A DNA stretch of 63,450 nt from Spongospora subterranea f. sp. subterranea (taxonomy: Eukaryota), in contig JAUGWO010000034.1 of NCBI GenBank assembly GCA_049724395.1, positions 124,001-187,450 on the forward strand, given 5' to 3'. Positions 26,301 to 39,604 of the stretch are shown here, one piece after another. Both the position numbers and the translations under genes were made by a program. The stretch's first letter is position 1; each line of letters opens with the position of its first letter. The notes under the pieces are model-generated. The model saw only the letters and a list, made by a program, of their open reading frames with translations, made no database searches and was not told the DNA's origin.

Positions 26301-28386
26301 TTATCTGGAGAGGAGGATTGACTCGTGAGCATTAGAGATATACGAAGAGAAGCCGCTGGTAGAGAAGAAGGCGTGCAGGAATGGGTGCCATTCTTGCGGC
26401 TTGGTCTTAATGAATGCAGGGGCGTTAAACAACATTACCAATCTGTTCGATGCACTGTTGCTGTCCGGTACTGCTATAATGTAACTATTAATGGAGAAGA
26501 GCAATGTTTCGAAAAGTGAGGACTGAAACGATTGGCGCCATTGATCAGCAGTGTAATCTGCGAGTGAGTTGCAAAAATCTAGATCAATACAGTTTCCAAC
26601 CCTGATTCGCTGAAGTGAATGAAGCAAGGGAGAGCGTATCGTTGATGGCAAACATTGATGAACCTCAGAACCAGATCCAACTCGCCAGGAGCGATCGTTG
26701 TCGAGATCAAAAACGTAAAGATTATCTAAGGAATTCATATCGAGACGCTCTGACGGCATCGATTGATCTGACAGCGATATCAAATCAAATTAACACGGGT
26801 AATGCATTGAGCTTACGCATGCCTATTAGAAATGGCGTTGGACACTGCAGAGTTTCAACAAGCGAGTTAGGCAGAACTGGAATATAAACGCTGGGATTGC
26901 AAAACGGAGATAAGAGCAACCGCAATGTTTCACAGACTGTGAACAAAATATTCAGTTGCGATGAAAGTAGTAACGCCTTTCGCTCTAGGATGACCACTTC
27001 GATCAGCTCCATTAGTCGTAATGGGTGCAATAACCGAAACAGGATCATCATATCGATTTGAGGCGCTTCCGGCAAATCATAACTGGGTTCCCCAGCCTCT
27101 TTTGTTAGTTGAAGCAACCTATCTATTTGAGTTTGGACAGAAACCAGCTGCGGTTCACCTGGCGTGTATCCTCGAAACTCTTCTAACATCGCTCGCAGTC
27201 TCTTGTGTTCTGGGCGTGAAGAGAGAATACAAATGGCGTCAACTACATTGTCGTCATCTATACCCCAGGACTGTAAACAACATCCAAAAAGCCTTTCACC
27301 ACCGTCGTCGGTTAACACTAAATTAAATAACCGTGGTTCAATGATTTTAAGGCTTGACGTAGACAAACTCGGAAAGCAAAATTGGGCAATAGAAGGTGGA
27401 AGCGATCTGTTTGCATTGAGATCAGGATATTGTGCAATCAAAGACATTTTTGCAACTTCTTTATCTTGACACCATTCCCAACGGCAATGCGCAATAAAGT
27501 CTAAAGCATTTCTATTTGGTCGTGGATCAAGAAAATACTTGGGCGACCATGATCCTAAAACGATGCCAGACAAATCTGGACTGCCACTGAGGGCAGCCAC
27601 CATGCTTTTGCTAACATATTCACTTTTGTGGTGTTTCATGGTCTGAAAACCATCTGATTGCTGGAAATTGGGCCATACCTGTTGGCGCATATGGTCATCT
27701 AGTTCTTGGAATGTCTGCTTCAACCTCTCAACATTATCCAATACATTATGTTGCCCGGAAGGATGGCCTGACCATTGAACTAGATGTCGTACAGCGTCCT
27801 CGTTTAAGCGCGATGGATCGATATCGGCAATCTTTACGGCGCTAAAAAATGCACGCAGATGAGACCAGAGTCTCACAGATTTTTTTAACCGATCATTTCG
27901 TAAAATATATAGGACCAAAACCACTGCCGAGTCAGAGTTTGCCAATACTGAATCTAATGAGGTTGGCTCAACAGGATCTTGTACTTCATTTTGATTAATT
28001 TTTGCCTGTGATTTCGTCAAGTGCACTACGAAATATGGCATTATAACCGCGTTGACTTCTCTGGCTACAAATGAACGAATAGAAGTCAAATGCTCATAGG
28101 CCGACAGATGATCTTCAGATTCCACTGCTTTACGGAAAAGCTCCAGAAAAATTAAACATTGAGGAGGGGCATGGAGCACCAAGGGATTAGTTTTACCAAA
28201 ACATACATCCGATAAATGGCGGGCCTGCATCAGAAACTGAGCTGGCCCTTTTTTGTCGAGAACCGATAGCACAGAGTTGCTAGACGCTAGCGAGACGACC
28301 AGAGCCTGGTCCGCGAAGGATTCGGCGAACTCAAACAAGGCCTTGGTCATGAGTGGACTAGCCAAAACCCCATCCAAGGTTATCAT
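26301..28386 (-). CDS. DENN-domain Rab GEF (uDENN/cDENN/dDENN) with N-terminal RGS-like helical region
   Basis: QYPD...PPSIAQFCFP; FNLVLTDDGGERLFGCCL; AICILS; ILERKALLLS; YIPVLPNSLVETLQCPTPFLIG; dDENN FNAPAFI...PFLHAFFSTSGFSSYI. Confidence 0.85.
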
Positions 28387-28398
28387 TATTGTTATGCA

Positions 28399-28444
28399 GA
28401 ATGAATGAATGAATGAACGAATGATGCACGGCTCACACACACAC

Positions 28445-28484
<40 letters not shown>
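28399..28484. repeat. (GAAT)n run followed by (CA)n microsatellite in the divergent DENN/PDAT spacer
   Basis: gaatgaatgaatgaatgaa at ~28399-28417; ~50 bp interrupted CA repeat at 28434-28484. Confidence 0.95.
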
Positions 28485-28485
<1 letters not shown>

Positions 28486-28647
28486 CTGCACGATACCAAC
28501 TATACTGTGCTGAATGACCAATCTGCAGTCAATCTGCTGTGTTTTACTGAACTGCAGCCCCGTTTTCCTCCACCCCCAGTTGCACTACGATTGCAGCTGA
28601 ATATCTGCAACGACACGAAGCAGCTCACAAGCGAATAAGAGGGGACG

Positions 28648-30914
28648 ATGCAGACATCGCTTACGAGCATGCCGATTCCCTCCGGGGAGTTTTCCCCTCG
28701 CAGACGCTCGCGGCGGGCCCGTCGGACCCGATCATTGTCGCGGTTGGACTCTCCAAGTCCTCCAGTATCACCGACTAAGTTTCGGCCGAAGAAATTACAA
28801 TTGTCCAGATGTCGCCGGGTCTCCATGCTCTTCCTAGCTGCAATTTTCGTTGCTGTCTTCTCCGTCTTTTTCTCTATTTTCGTGACAACAACCAGCTCCA
28901 GGAAAGGCAAACGATTTCGCAGCGAACAACCGTTTGGACAGGAATCAAAGACGTTGAAGGCGCATTTTCCGATTGTGATGATCCCTGGTATTTCCAGTTC
29001 AAGCTTGGAGTTATGGAAGTCAGACCCATGTGTCAGCAATTTATTCCGAGCAAAAATCGTAAGTTAGCCGAGGTGAAGCAAATTGAGGTATAGATATAAC
29101 CTGTGGCACTTAGTGGGGAAGCGCAACAATGATTCGGCAAGCCGTAATGGATCCTGCATGCTTGCTTAAACATTTGTCAATGAACTATACAACAGGACTC
29201 GATCCGCAAGGAATCAAAGGTAATTTCGACCGTATCAGAGAAAGCGCTATATACTGATTTACACGAAATCCTTAGTAAGATCTAGTCTTGGGTTGGAGGG
29301 AGCCGATTATCTATTAGGCGGAATTTACTGGGTTTGGGCACCGATAATTGAGGAATTAGCGCATATCGGGTATGATCCGAATAATATATTTATGGCTCCC
29401 TATGATTGGAGATTATCTGGTCAATTGCTTGAAAAACGTGACCGCTACTTTACTAAGCTAAAGGCGATGATCGAATTAGCTTATGCGACTTCCTCAAGGA
29501 CCAAGGTCGTCATCTTAGCTCACAGTTATGGTTCATTACTCTATCTTTACTTCATGAATTGGCTGCAATCACCCACTGGAGGAAACGTCAACTCGTACTG
29601 GATCGAAATGCACATTCATTCCTTCATCAATATCGCAGGCCCTCTTCTTGGGGTCCCAAAGGCCCTACCCACTGTATTTTCTGCAGAAATGAGGGACACT
29701 GCTGAGTTGTCTGCCCCGCTCCAATACTTGAAAGACCGCGTCTGGAGCCGATCAATGCTTGTTAAACTCTTTAGATCCTGGAGTTCTGTTACCAACATGC
29801 TTCCAAAGGTACGTTCATAAAGCATGCGTTTGGCGAGCCTGAAGTGATGTGCTTGGAAAGGGAGGAAATAAGATATGGGGAAATAGTCATTATGCAGCAG
29901 ATGATCTGGATGTTGGCACTTCATCATTTGGCTCGATTCTCTCCTTCACTCACAACACATCGGATAAGGACACGGAAGTCGAAAGTTGTGCCACTCCCAC
30001 TGTAGATCAGTCTCTTGCCCAAGCTGAACCGCCCATAGACCCTAAACTTATGTATTATTGAGGATGCCGTTTATTTTTCATTCCAACTTTTCACAAACGT
30101 AACATAGACGGCGGGCAGTGCAAAAGCGGAATCTTAACATCGAAGAATCACTTACTTTGCTTTCTGATATTGCTCCTGGTCTTATGTCACGTGTCGATCA
30201 AGCTACCAGTTTCGGATTCGCCCAATCGAATGATTTCCCAAATCGACACGATCCCAAGTACTGGTCAAATCCATTAGAATCACAGCTTCCGATGTCGAGT
30301 TCTATGAAAATCTATTGTTTATATGGCGTTGGAAAACCAACTGAGAGAGCGTACAGGTAATTATTGCTGCTATGTAGTTATTTCTGTACTTGTATTGATC
30401 AGCTGTTCACACCCATATAGTTTTCAAAGGCATAACGGCGGCAGCTGTTCAAGAATCCCCTTTCAAATCGATTCAGGAAGCAAAAATAATGGCCTAATGC
30501 TTTGCGATGGGGATGGAACAGTCCCTTTGATCAGTCTTGTATTTTTTACATTGCTTCGCCCATATATAAATGCGGTGACGCGTCTTTAGGGTTTCATGTG
30601 CATTCGAGGCTGGAAATCAGACAGGTTCAATCCAGGAAGAGCTCCCGTTATTACCAGAGAGTATCCTCACAAACCACTTGATCTATTCGTGAGCGGTGGA
30701 GATCTTCGCGGTGGTCCGTCTTCTGGAGATCATGTGGATGTTCTCGGTAATCACGGTGAGTTCAAATTTGCACTTCAATGCAGGTTTAACTAATTTCATT
30801 TAGACTTGATAGATGACATACTACTGATAGTTAGCAACAGCAAAAGATTACCCGGAAAACAGGATAATTTCAGATATTGAGAAATTTTCTGAGAGGATTG
30901 ATGTCGGGGTTTAA
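28648..30914 (+). CDS. Phospholipid:diacylglycerol acyltransferase (PDAT/LRO1, LCAT family)
   Basis: N-terminal basic region plus TM; HFPIVMIPGISSSSLELW; APYDWRL; VVILAHSYG nucleophile; YWSNPLESQLP; KIYCLYGVGKPTERAY; DGDGTVPLISL; RGGPSSGDHVDVLGN. Confidence 0.93.
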
Positions 30915-31011
30915 ATTCTTAACCTGACCTACTTAAGGCCCAGCGATTTATGATATTGTCAGCAACGAAGACGTTTGGGTTCTTTGAAACACAGTTGAAT
31001 CCCCGAAATTG

Positions 31012-31819
31012 TCAACGCCTTGCATCCATGTCCACATTCCAGTTACTGTGTCGTATTGCCATACTAGGACATTTTATCAATAGATGCTGTGAATGAATAA
31101 ATTGAACGACAACCGAACCATCGTTCAAAGGATGCGGCAGAATTTGGCATTGCGCTGAGAAATCACAACCCAGGCCACTGCTCAACCAGAGGAACCTCTC
31201 ATATATTGTCCAACACGATGAACCAGTTCGCGATCCTGGCTGTGAGTTACTTGATTGCACTTTCCTCAGGCCATACACGCCTTGATGTTCTGTTGTTTGC
31301 CATCCTCCACGGAAAGCAAATGTTCTGACACAGTTACCGATTAAATTTGTCAACCTTGGAAACAAATGACATACATGTTGTTTGTAAAGAATTCCCAAAG
31401 GTTTCTCCCAACAGTCCCGGTAAAGAATTCTGAGCCAGACCCTCTCCTCCGAACATGAAGTGTCTCGCTTGTTGCGTTGTTGCGTTATAGATGGACCACG
31501 AGCACGAGACCATTCGACTTCCCGGCCAGTTAGCTACTGATGAGGTCATGGCATGTGTTCCTCCCATCCATTCCCAGGTACCATTGCTACCATTATATTT
31601 CCAGACATCATTTGTGAACTGGGTGTTGTTGGCCACGTGTCGACCTCCGAAAATCCATCGAATAGTAGGATCCGAATCGGCCCAGATTGCTGAGCCTTGC
31701 CTGCCGCTCAGTTCATAGTGGAGCGTTCCTGGCGAGGTTTCCGATATCAAAACAGGAAATGGACATACAAGAGCAGCGATACAACATGAAATGAAGCCAA
31801 TGATTGCCTGCGTCAGCAT
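31012..31819 (-). CDS. Secreted Kelch/galactose-oxidase-like repeat protein (short, with an apparent frameshift near 31402)
   Basis: Signal peptide MLTQAIIGFISCCIAALVC; repeats GRQGSAIW...WIFGG...NDVWKY...WEWMGG; WPGSRMVSCSW...FMFGGEG; QGVYGLRKVQSSNSQPGSRTGSSCW...LWLSSG. Confidence 0.6.
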
Positions 31820-31937
31820 CGTACATAAAATAACGGTACCGATCGTGCAATCTTTATGGAAAGTTTAAAATAATGAAGTTCGACCACCATGTTGTATTAT
31901 AGTATTACATAGTCATATATGGGCAGATATGATTTGA

Positions 31938-34046
31938 TCAATGACCTCCTTGAGGCTTTTCTTTCGGTGTCATCTTGATGGCATCATCAATTCGTAAAAT
32001 AGTGATAGCAGCTTCACACGCGAAGCGAAGACTCTTAATTTTTGAAATAGCAGGCTCTAAAACACCAGCTTTCAGACTATTTCGTACAACACCGTTATGA
32101 AGGTCAAGGCCAGTCCATTTGCTTTCTCCCCGGCCTTCTTCGGATTGTGCACAATAATGATGAGCACGTAGCTGAGCAACCAGTTCAGTTGCGTCTAAAG
32201 CGCCATTTACCGCAAGCGTCTTGGGAATAACCAATAACGCCTGAAATATGAGATCAAAGGCAAGCGACAAGATCGCAACGAATGAAATACCTGAGCAAAT
32301 TCTACGATGGACAGTTGCTGGCGAGAACCCATGGTCTCGGCCATATTCTCTAGATAAATCGATAGAGCAGCCTCGACAGCACCACCACCTGGGACAACAG
32401 TCTTGGACTCTAAGGTACGCTTGACGACAGAGAGCGCATCATGCAAAGACCTTCAAACAACTGTGTGAATATCGTCAATCCACATGTGGTGCGTCCATGC
32501 ATTACCGGTCAATTTCATCAAGCATGAAATCATTGGCACCACGAATAACAATGGTTTGAGCGCTGGTGGTTTTGCATCCTTTAATGTAGATCAACTGACC
32601 ATCGCCAACTTGTTCTTCGCTAACGGTGTCAGCATGCCCGAACATCGATTTATCTGCAGCTTCGTTCCCTGAGTATGCTTCATAAACAACGGACACACTA
32701 CAGACTTGAGAACGCAAAATTCACACCTTCCATATCTGCCAAAGACAACAACACCGTTCCTCCCGTAGCTTTAGCGATACGTCGCAAATCCTCTTTTGTG
32801 CAACGACGAACCGCAATCGCGCCAGCATCAACAAAGTATTTCAAAGCCATATCGTCGATTCCTTTGGTGGTCAGAACAACATTGGCCCCTGGCAATTATT
32901 GGATTTAACCCAATCACTCATCCCATATTGGAAAAATTCAGCATACCTGCGTTCAACAGCATTTGAATTCGTTCCTTAGTAATGTCGCTTTCTCGTTCCC
33001 GAATTGCTTCAAGTTTAGAGGGGTCGCTAACAAGTACCTGAACTCCGAATGCCATCTTTGTTCTACGAAGGTCGATATCGAGCAAAGCGATAACGGCATT
33101 CTTAATCTGAGACGGCATTCCCTGGGATGCACGAGTTGCATTCAAAGCAAACCTGAAGAGGCATGATCAATAACAGCCTGGGAGAGACAGCAGCGGACCA
33201 ACCCGTTGACGAGTTCCGATTCGCAGGATGATCGGCCGTGACACTTGAGAATATTGATTGCCTGTAAAGGATATTTCACCTTTCCCTTGCCATTGACAGT
33301 CTTCACAGCTTGAACTGCATTTACACACATTTCGGCGAAGAAGTCACTATCCATGCCTATAATCTTAGAAGACATGGACGTCTTCGCGCAATTAATAAGA
33401 CATTCGCGGCCAAGGCTTTCCACCTAAATTATCGAATCAGATATATGTTCCATCTTTGCCTGTAAGCAAAAATTGACCTTTAACGACATGTGGTCAGCAA
33501 TATACTTGCAGCATTCCTTCTTGGCAAGTTGAAATCCACTAATAATTGAGGTCGGATGAATATGTGCCGCCACAAGTTCATTAGCCCTTTTCAACAACTC
33601 CGCTGCCAAAATAACGACGGACGTTGTTCCATCTCCAACTTCTTGATCTTGCAAGTTTGACAATTCAACAAGAACTTTAGCCGCGGGGTGCTCAACCTGA
33701 GCAAATCAACATGTGCTTAGCCATATCTTATGGACAGAGAAATGAGACTTACTTCGAGAAGTTTCAGAATAGTCGCGCCATCGTTGGTAATGGTGACATC
33801 TCCAACCTCATCGACCAGCATTTTATCAAGGCCAACTGGGCCAAGTGATGATTTGACAATATTGGAAATGGCCAAGCACGCAGTGACTGAATTGGAGAGT
33901 TATTGGTTATCAAGAAGAGAGACGAGGAATATGTCATTAACCATTATCATTACGAACTTCCTGACCGGATATACGATCGCCTAGAATAGATAATCCTGAC
34001 ACTGATACGCGTGATTAGATTTAGAACTGCCACATACTTTATACAT
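31938..34046 (-). CDS. CCT1: T-complex protein 1 subunit alpha (CCT1)
   Basis: [95 protein letters not shown]. Confidence 0.97.
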
Positions 34047-34527
34047 TGTCAGCACCAACAAAAATTGAAAACAAGAACAAGAAACTGAGCCGATGACATA
34101 TATGGGCTTTCATTGGCAATGAACCTACTCTGATGTTGCACTCGTTGGTGAAATTCCCTGAATCAAATGTCGGGGTGAACGAGGGAGATGGAGCGGTAGG
34201 AAAGAGAGTGCAGTTGATTCGAGATATTGTGAGAGTGGAAAATAGCACATTGACGGACTCCGTGAACACTTATGTACACCTGTCCTGCTGTACACAGCCA
34301 CAGCGTGTACACTGTACATTACACGGCACGCGCTGCAGTGCTGACTGTTGGCCGGACCGACGAGGCCGCACTTCATGGGGTGGCGCTGCACACAGTCAGC
34401 AATCGTTGTCGATTTTCCACTTTTCAAGTCTTGACCGCGAACAAAATCCTTAGAGGTTATAGTTTAAGAGTAGCGAATTCCGCGATGACGGGTTTTTCGA
34501 ATGATGACCCAGCTTTTATATTACTAT

Positions 34528-34623
34528 AACTTCTACAGGGAGTTCATCGTAGATTTCGCCAAAATATCTTCACCTTTGACGTCGCTGACGAAAAAAGACC
34601 AACCATTTAATTGGTCGAACGCG
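34528..34623 (+). mobile_element. Short Ty3/Gypsy RT-RNaseH linker relic
   Basis: [30 protein letters not shown] matches the canonical NYYRRFI..FA.IA.PLT.LTKK...F.W motif. Confidence 0.75.
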
Positions 34624-34688
34624 GACTCTGCGGACGCACCAGCGACGAAAATCAAATGGTTGTTTTTATTTTTCAGAATTTCATCGGT

Positions 34689-35153
34689 CTAGCTCCTGGA
34701 AAACATCTGCGGCGCCATGGCCTTCAATCTTTTTTTCTTTTGGTATACTGATTGGGCGTTGGCAGTATTATTATATGCACTACGAATACTGTTGGGCAGA
34801 TCACCATCATTTCTATGGTGCGATGGCGAACATACGATAACCACATCCAGAACCTTCATCACGCCCGGCGGACAGCCAACCTCGTGGTCTCCGAACAACA
34901 TCGGGCTTGGAGTCAATCGGCACTGCATCTTCCCTTTACATTTCTCCTGAATCACGTGGCGAACTGTCATGGCATCAACCTGACACGATCCAGCGCCATA
35001 TGTTGCCGACTTAACAATGGAGAATTGCCCTCCGTTGCATTTCAGTGTCATCTCCATGTTCTCCCTGGCAGATCCTTTCACATCATATGAGAGCGATCCC
35101 GTTATCGCCGTGCATAGCATGATGCCAATGCGCATCCATCCCCATCCATTCAT
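34689..35153 (-). CDS. Small secreted SUEL/rhamnose-galactose-binding lectin-domain protein (intronless)
   Basis: Signal peptide; [11 protein letters not shown]...IVKSATYG...C...[14 protein letters not shown].....FGD...[15 protein letters not shown] is the Gal_lectin cysteine pattern. Confidence 0.8.
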   Translation of the reverse strand: MNGWGWMRIGIMLCTAITGSLSYDVKGSARENMEMTLKCNGGQFSIVKSATYGAGSCQVDAMTVRHVIQEKCKGKMQCRLTPSPMLFGDHEVGCPPGVMKVLDVVIVCSPSHHRNDGDLPNSIRSAYNNTANAQSVYQKKKRLKAMAPQMFSRS

Positions 35154-36163
35154 GGTTATATATATAAACCTGAATGAATCATATCTTTCCCAATCTCAAC
35201 AGTGTAACCCACGCTTGACTCATCTCCCTCGATCCATCTTGACCGTTGTCATCTTTCTCAATATCGTCGTGTAAACCGCTCCGTAGTATCTTTCCTGGAC
35301 AATCCGCTGAATAGTCAAACGCCATTACCGTATCCTGTGATACAACAAAAAGACCATAGAAAACACGCTGAGAAAAACATGTTCCTTTATTTTCCAATTA
35401 AAATAGCCTCAGAAGTAGACACGTCGAATTAGGTTGACATATGTTTGATGAGTGTAATATGGCAACCTGATCATTATTGCCACCTTCAAATTGATACAAT
35501 AAATATCAACGTCAAATATATGCCACAGACGACATTTTTATTTCGTGCAAATCAGTCGCACTAGAGGAGCTTGTTTTAAGTGCAAACTCAGGTGGATCAT
35601 GTTGTTATTTGATGTAGGCAATCGCCATAATTGTTTGATCACCCACCGCTGCATCCATATCTATTAGGGCAGCGTTGCTCGCGATCACTCCAATGATCTT
35701 GCCTCTTTTAGACAAGGAGCCCTCACCCGCCTCAGCCACAAGGGTGCTGAAAAGTGAAATATTTGAAAAAATTTCGTATTTGAAAAGCAATCAATTCACC
35801 AGCTATTCAAGATCGTTGGCAATATCGTTACAAGGTGTGACTTATCGACCCAATTCTAGGTTCAAGAGTCCATGACCGAAATCAATACCGTTTGTACTAC
35901 AAACAATCAGCGACTGTCACAACTTCCAATAGGTAATCGTGATCACGTTCGACCACGTCTACTGGAGGCAACTCAACTTTGTTGACCTGAAGACATTGAT
36001 GCGTTAGTTGATGTATCTGCGACCGGTGAGTCAAAAGCACGATTCTTTTATGACGGATCAATCAACATACATGATCTTGAGCCGAAATGGGTCAGTACGA
36101 CTCAGGTTTCCGTCGCTGCAATTCAGAATTTTGTCTGATAGATAAACCTATTTAAATTTCACA

Positions 36164-37687
36164 ATGCACTCTGACGACGAGAATCTGCCAATCAAGCCCA
36201 ATAATGAGTCACATTCCAAGGAAAACGTGACCGATCTCTACGACAGCGATCTGATCCTCTGCATCTGCCTTTGGGCGATCAGTTTCAGCCAAGGAATGCT
36301 GCAAAGCCTTCACGAGCACCTGACGTCGGATTTCAATGACGGCGGTCCATCAGTGAAGTGGGCTCTGGCGATGTCGTTCCTGATCTCGAACGCCGTCAGT
36401 AATCCCGTCTGGGGATGGATCTGGTCGGTTCACACAGCGTTGGGCCATTTTTGAGAGGTTGTCACCTGAGCTGTTGGCTGTGTTTGTAGTGATAAACACG
36501 GTCATCGTATCGGATTATTGTCGGGATTGGTCCTATCTGTGTTCGGTTCATCCCTGGTCGCCTATGCCCCCAACCTCACCGTTTGCCTGATTGGCCGGGC
36601 GGTATCCGGCCTGTGCGCCAATCTCAGTCTGCACCGGTCCTACCTCGGCTTCATCACCAACGGCAACAATCAAGCCAGGGCGTTCGGTACCTTATCCGGC
36701 ATATTCGGATTAGCACAAACAATCGTTAGTGGTTATACTCGTTGACGTTCGACATTGTTACTGAATCTCAGCTAATCAGACGCATTTATTGGCGTTGATC
36801 CCAAAGAACTACCCAGAGGTGCTGCCATCCCAAGCCATGTTCATGGGTAGTTTGTCGATGATCGTCTCGTCCTCCACCCTGTTCCTCTGCGTCTTCCGCT
36901 TGCAATATATTGCCCCTTCGACCCAATCCCATTCCAAATCCGTCCGGACGCGCCACCCTAAACCATTACTGATCCGATACCGTTTGCCCATCATAGCCGC
37001 GTTCGCCTACGCATCGGCATCGTTCGTTCTAGTGGTATGTTGAACGCCATCGGCCCCAGACTCGATTCCTTATTGTGTAAACTAGTCTCCTGATTACACC
37101 CTTCTGTCGGTTTTCATTGATCCAGTGACAGCGCCATACTTCTTGGCAATTCAGGGTTGGCCATCACATAACATGTTTTTTTCAAACAGTTTTTTTATTG
37201 ACTCTAAAAACTAGGGGCAGTACGAACTCTATCGACCATTTTTGTGTTCCCGGTTCTGTGCGCGCGATTCGGCGTGGTCCGTTTGAACATGTTCGGTACG
37301 GCGATGGGTTTGATCACAATCCCATCGGTGGCGGTCATGTCGTTGATTGCGAACCCTCTCGCCTGTGGTATCGCCGAAACGATCGCCTTCTCATTACGGG
37401 GCGTTGTCCTGTCGTTCGTCATCACAAGTTGCGCTGTTCTGATCAACAACGGATCGCCGGCGAAGACCCGAAGCCGAGCGGTGGCGCTATCGCAATCGTT
37501 CGTGAGCATGTCCACCTTGGTCGCTGTGTCGATCATGACAGCGATCCATGGATTTGGCGTCGATATTGGCTTCCCCTTCTTGCCATTCGGCGTCCTCATG
37601 ATATTATGTGCTGGGTCGACGCTGGCTGTGTCGTTTATCCCGAAATCGCTGAACCGCCCGTATCAAGAACTGCCTACGGCTCAGTAA
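36164..37687 (+). CDS. Major facilitator superfamily transporter
   Basis: Multiple TM segments; MFS motif A WGWIC/SDKHGHR; LIGRAVSGLCA; ARAFGTLSGIFGLA; second-half INNGSPAKTRSRAVAL. Confidence 0.8.
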
Positions 37688-37742
37688 AAAATGACCCAGT
37701 CTAATGACTGATAAATATCGATATATTTGAACATTGAGTTCA

Positions 37743-38341
37743 TCAACGGCATGATCCATCGCTTGGCCCAGTCCTCCATCGCTCATCCACTTTGGCGCAG
37801 TCGAATAATGGCTTGTTTAGGCGTTTGTTGACGCGGTTGTGCAGTTGACACATCCATTGCGACAATAGATGACGGGATCCAGTAGTGGGAGGGCGATTGG
37901 ACAGATCTGCAATAAGGTGTTGACGACACGTGGCACATGGATAGAACTGCATTTGCGAACCCCCAGTTATCACAAACGATATATGAACTATTGGGAAATA
38001 CCTGAGCGAATCTATGCATGAACTCGGTCATGGATTCCTGTTCCCGTTTGCTGGGCTTGGCTGGGTAATATGCGGCCATGGTATGAAGCAATCCCCACGA
38101 CGATCGACCTAAAGCAGCGCGATCCAGTGGGCAATCCGCCCTCGATTCCACCTGCTAGCAAAACATGACCCATGGCAAAAACATCATTGCCTGATTGGTC
38201 TACAGGTGTGGGTGAATGGCCCCGATCGACTTGATCCGCTGCTGGATTGGCCCCAGGCAACCTAAACCCCCTTTTATGCAGAAACTCCTTCATGTCATCG
38301 CATACTCTGCAGGGCTCCGGTTCCGGCAGGTTAGCGGTCAT
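37743..38341 (-). CDS. ERV1: FAD-linked sulfhydryl oxidase ERV1/ALR
   Basis: N-terminal shuttle [66 protein letters not shown]. Confidence 0.95.
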
Positions 38342-38476
38342 CCTCTCGTTGGATATGGCGATTGCAGCGACTCAACGCCACGACAAGAACCGGCGCAATG
38401 CCAATCTAAAACTGTCCCCGATGACCTATTTATTACCCGCACGGATTTATTCTGAACACCAACAACCTCTGCATTC

Positions 38477-39400
38477 CGACGAAACTGGAACCCCCATCAG
38501 ACGCCAACAGAACATCAAGTCGTGTTGATTGGATGCAACGACAGGTGACTATGGGAGGGGGCGGATTCCGGCTTGCAAGCGTGAAGCCTGGGGCAACGGT
38601 CTGTGCCCAGGTCAACCAGGTCTTCGAGACGTCGTACGACATAGCGATCCCTGATATCCCGTCTGAATGACGTAGAGCATGACGGAATCGAGACTTCGAC
38701 ATGATCATGTTTTGTTTGACACCTAGATGCAAAACAGCTGCACAAAACATTCAAACCATCTGAGGGATTGCAGTGGATTTAATTGGGACGACGAAAACGA
38801 GTTTCTACCGGCCCCTGACAGCACCTGGGAAGAGCTCACTCAGGTATCATCTTCAACAGCGTCATCGTTTCCATTCATCTGTCTTTAGACACGTCCTGCT
38901 GCAAATCGGGTTCGAAACACGCCTTTTCCCATGTTCGATCAATTGGACAACCTGTTCCAGGGCACCGTCGCGACAGTTCCCGGCCATGATTCGGAGAGTG
39001 CAACCATTTTGGCCCCAAATCCAGTGGAGGGCGAACCATGCATGCCCGATGCGAATGAATTGGAAAACTGCTCCAACTTGTGGAGTGATATTGACCGTCT
39101 GTAGGCAACGCCGAGATGCCCGCAGGCAAAGCCAGGCCAGGCTCCAAAACGGGCAGGAAATGGAATTGGCGAGATCTTGGTAGTCAATAATCGTCACGTA
39201 TGTGATCATTGCTCATTTTTTTCTGATGATGCTGCTCATATTCGCAATCGCACCAGGATAGGTGAGCATACGCAGCGCCAATTTGATAAGAGAGACAGGA
39301 GAGTACGAGCAATCGCGAGCCGATGAATATTGACGAACGGCGGGTAGCGCCTCGACATTTGGTGAATAGTGACGACCTTGATAAAGCCCCTGCCACCGTA
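38477..39400 (+). pseudogene. Myb/SANT-like DNA-binding (Myb_DNA-bind_3, Harbinger ORF1-type) gene, intron-containing, with several +1 frameshifts; ends approximate
   Basis: Reading across indels: WMQRQVTMG..ADSG.KREAW.ATVCAQVNQVFETSYD; exon GFNWDDENEFLPAPDSTWEELTQ; next exon TRPAANRVRNTPFPMFDQLDNLFQGTVAT. Confidence 0.65.
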
Positions 39401-39604
39401 TAATCCCCACCCGCCATTGCGTTATTGTCTCTATTGCATAGTGATGTTGTGTCATGTTCACATAATCCACGCTGTTCCCCGCCTTTGATTGAACGTGGCC
39501 CATCACCACCAATGCCATTCCGGCTGCCCGTACTGTAGTAGGTGTCATCGTTGTTCCCTTTCCAGACACTGTATAAACCACAATCGTCATTCAAGATTTT
39601 GTGG

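Noticed and set aside
28387..28521. N-terminal CVCVCV extension of the 578-aa DENN ORF
   Set aside because: It is a translation of the (CA)n/(GAAT)n microsatellites; the real start is more likely the ATG at 28386
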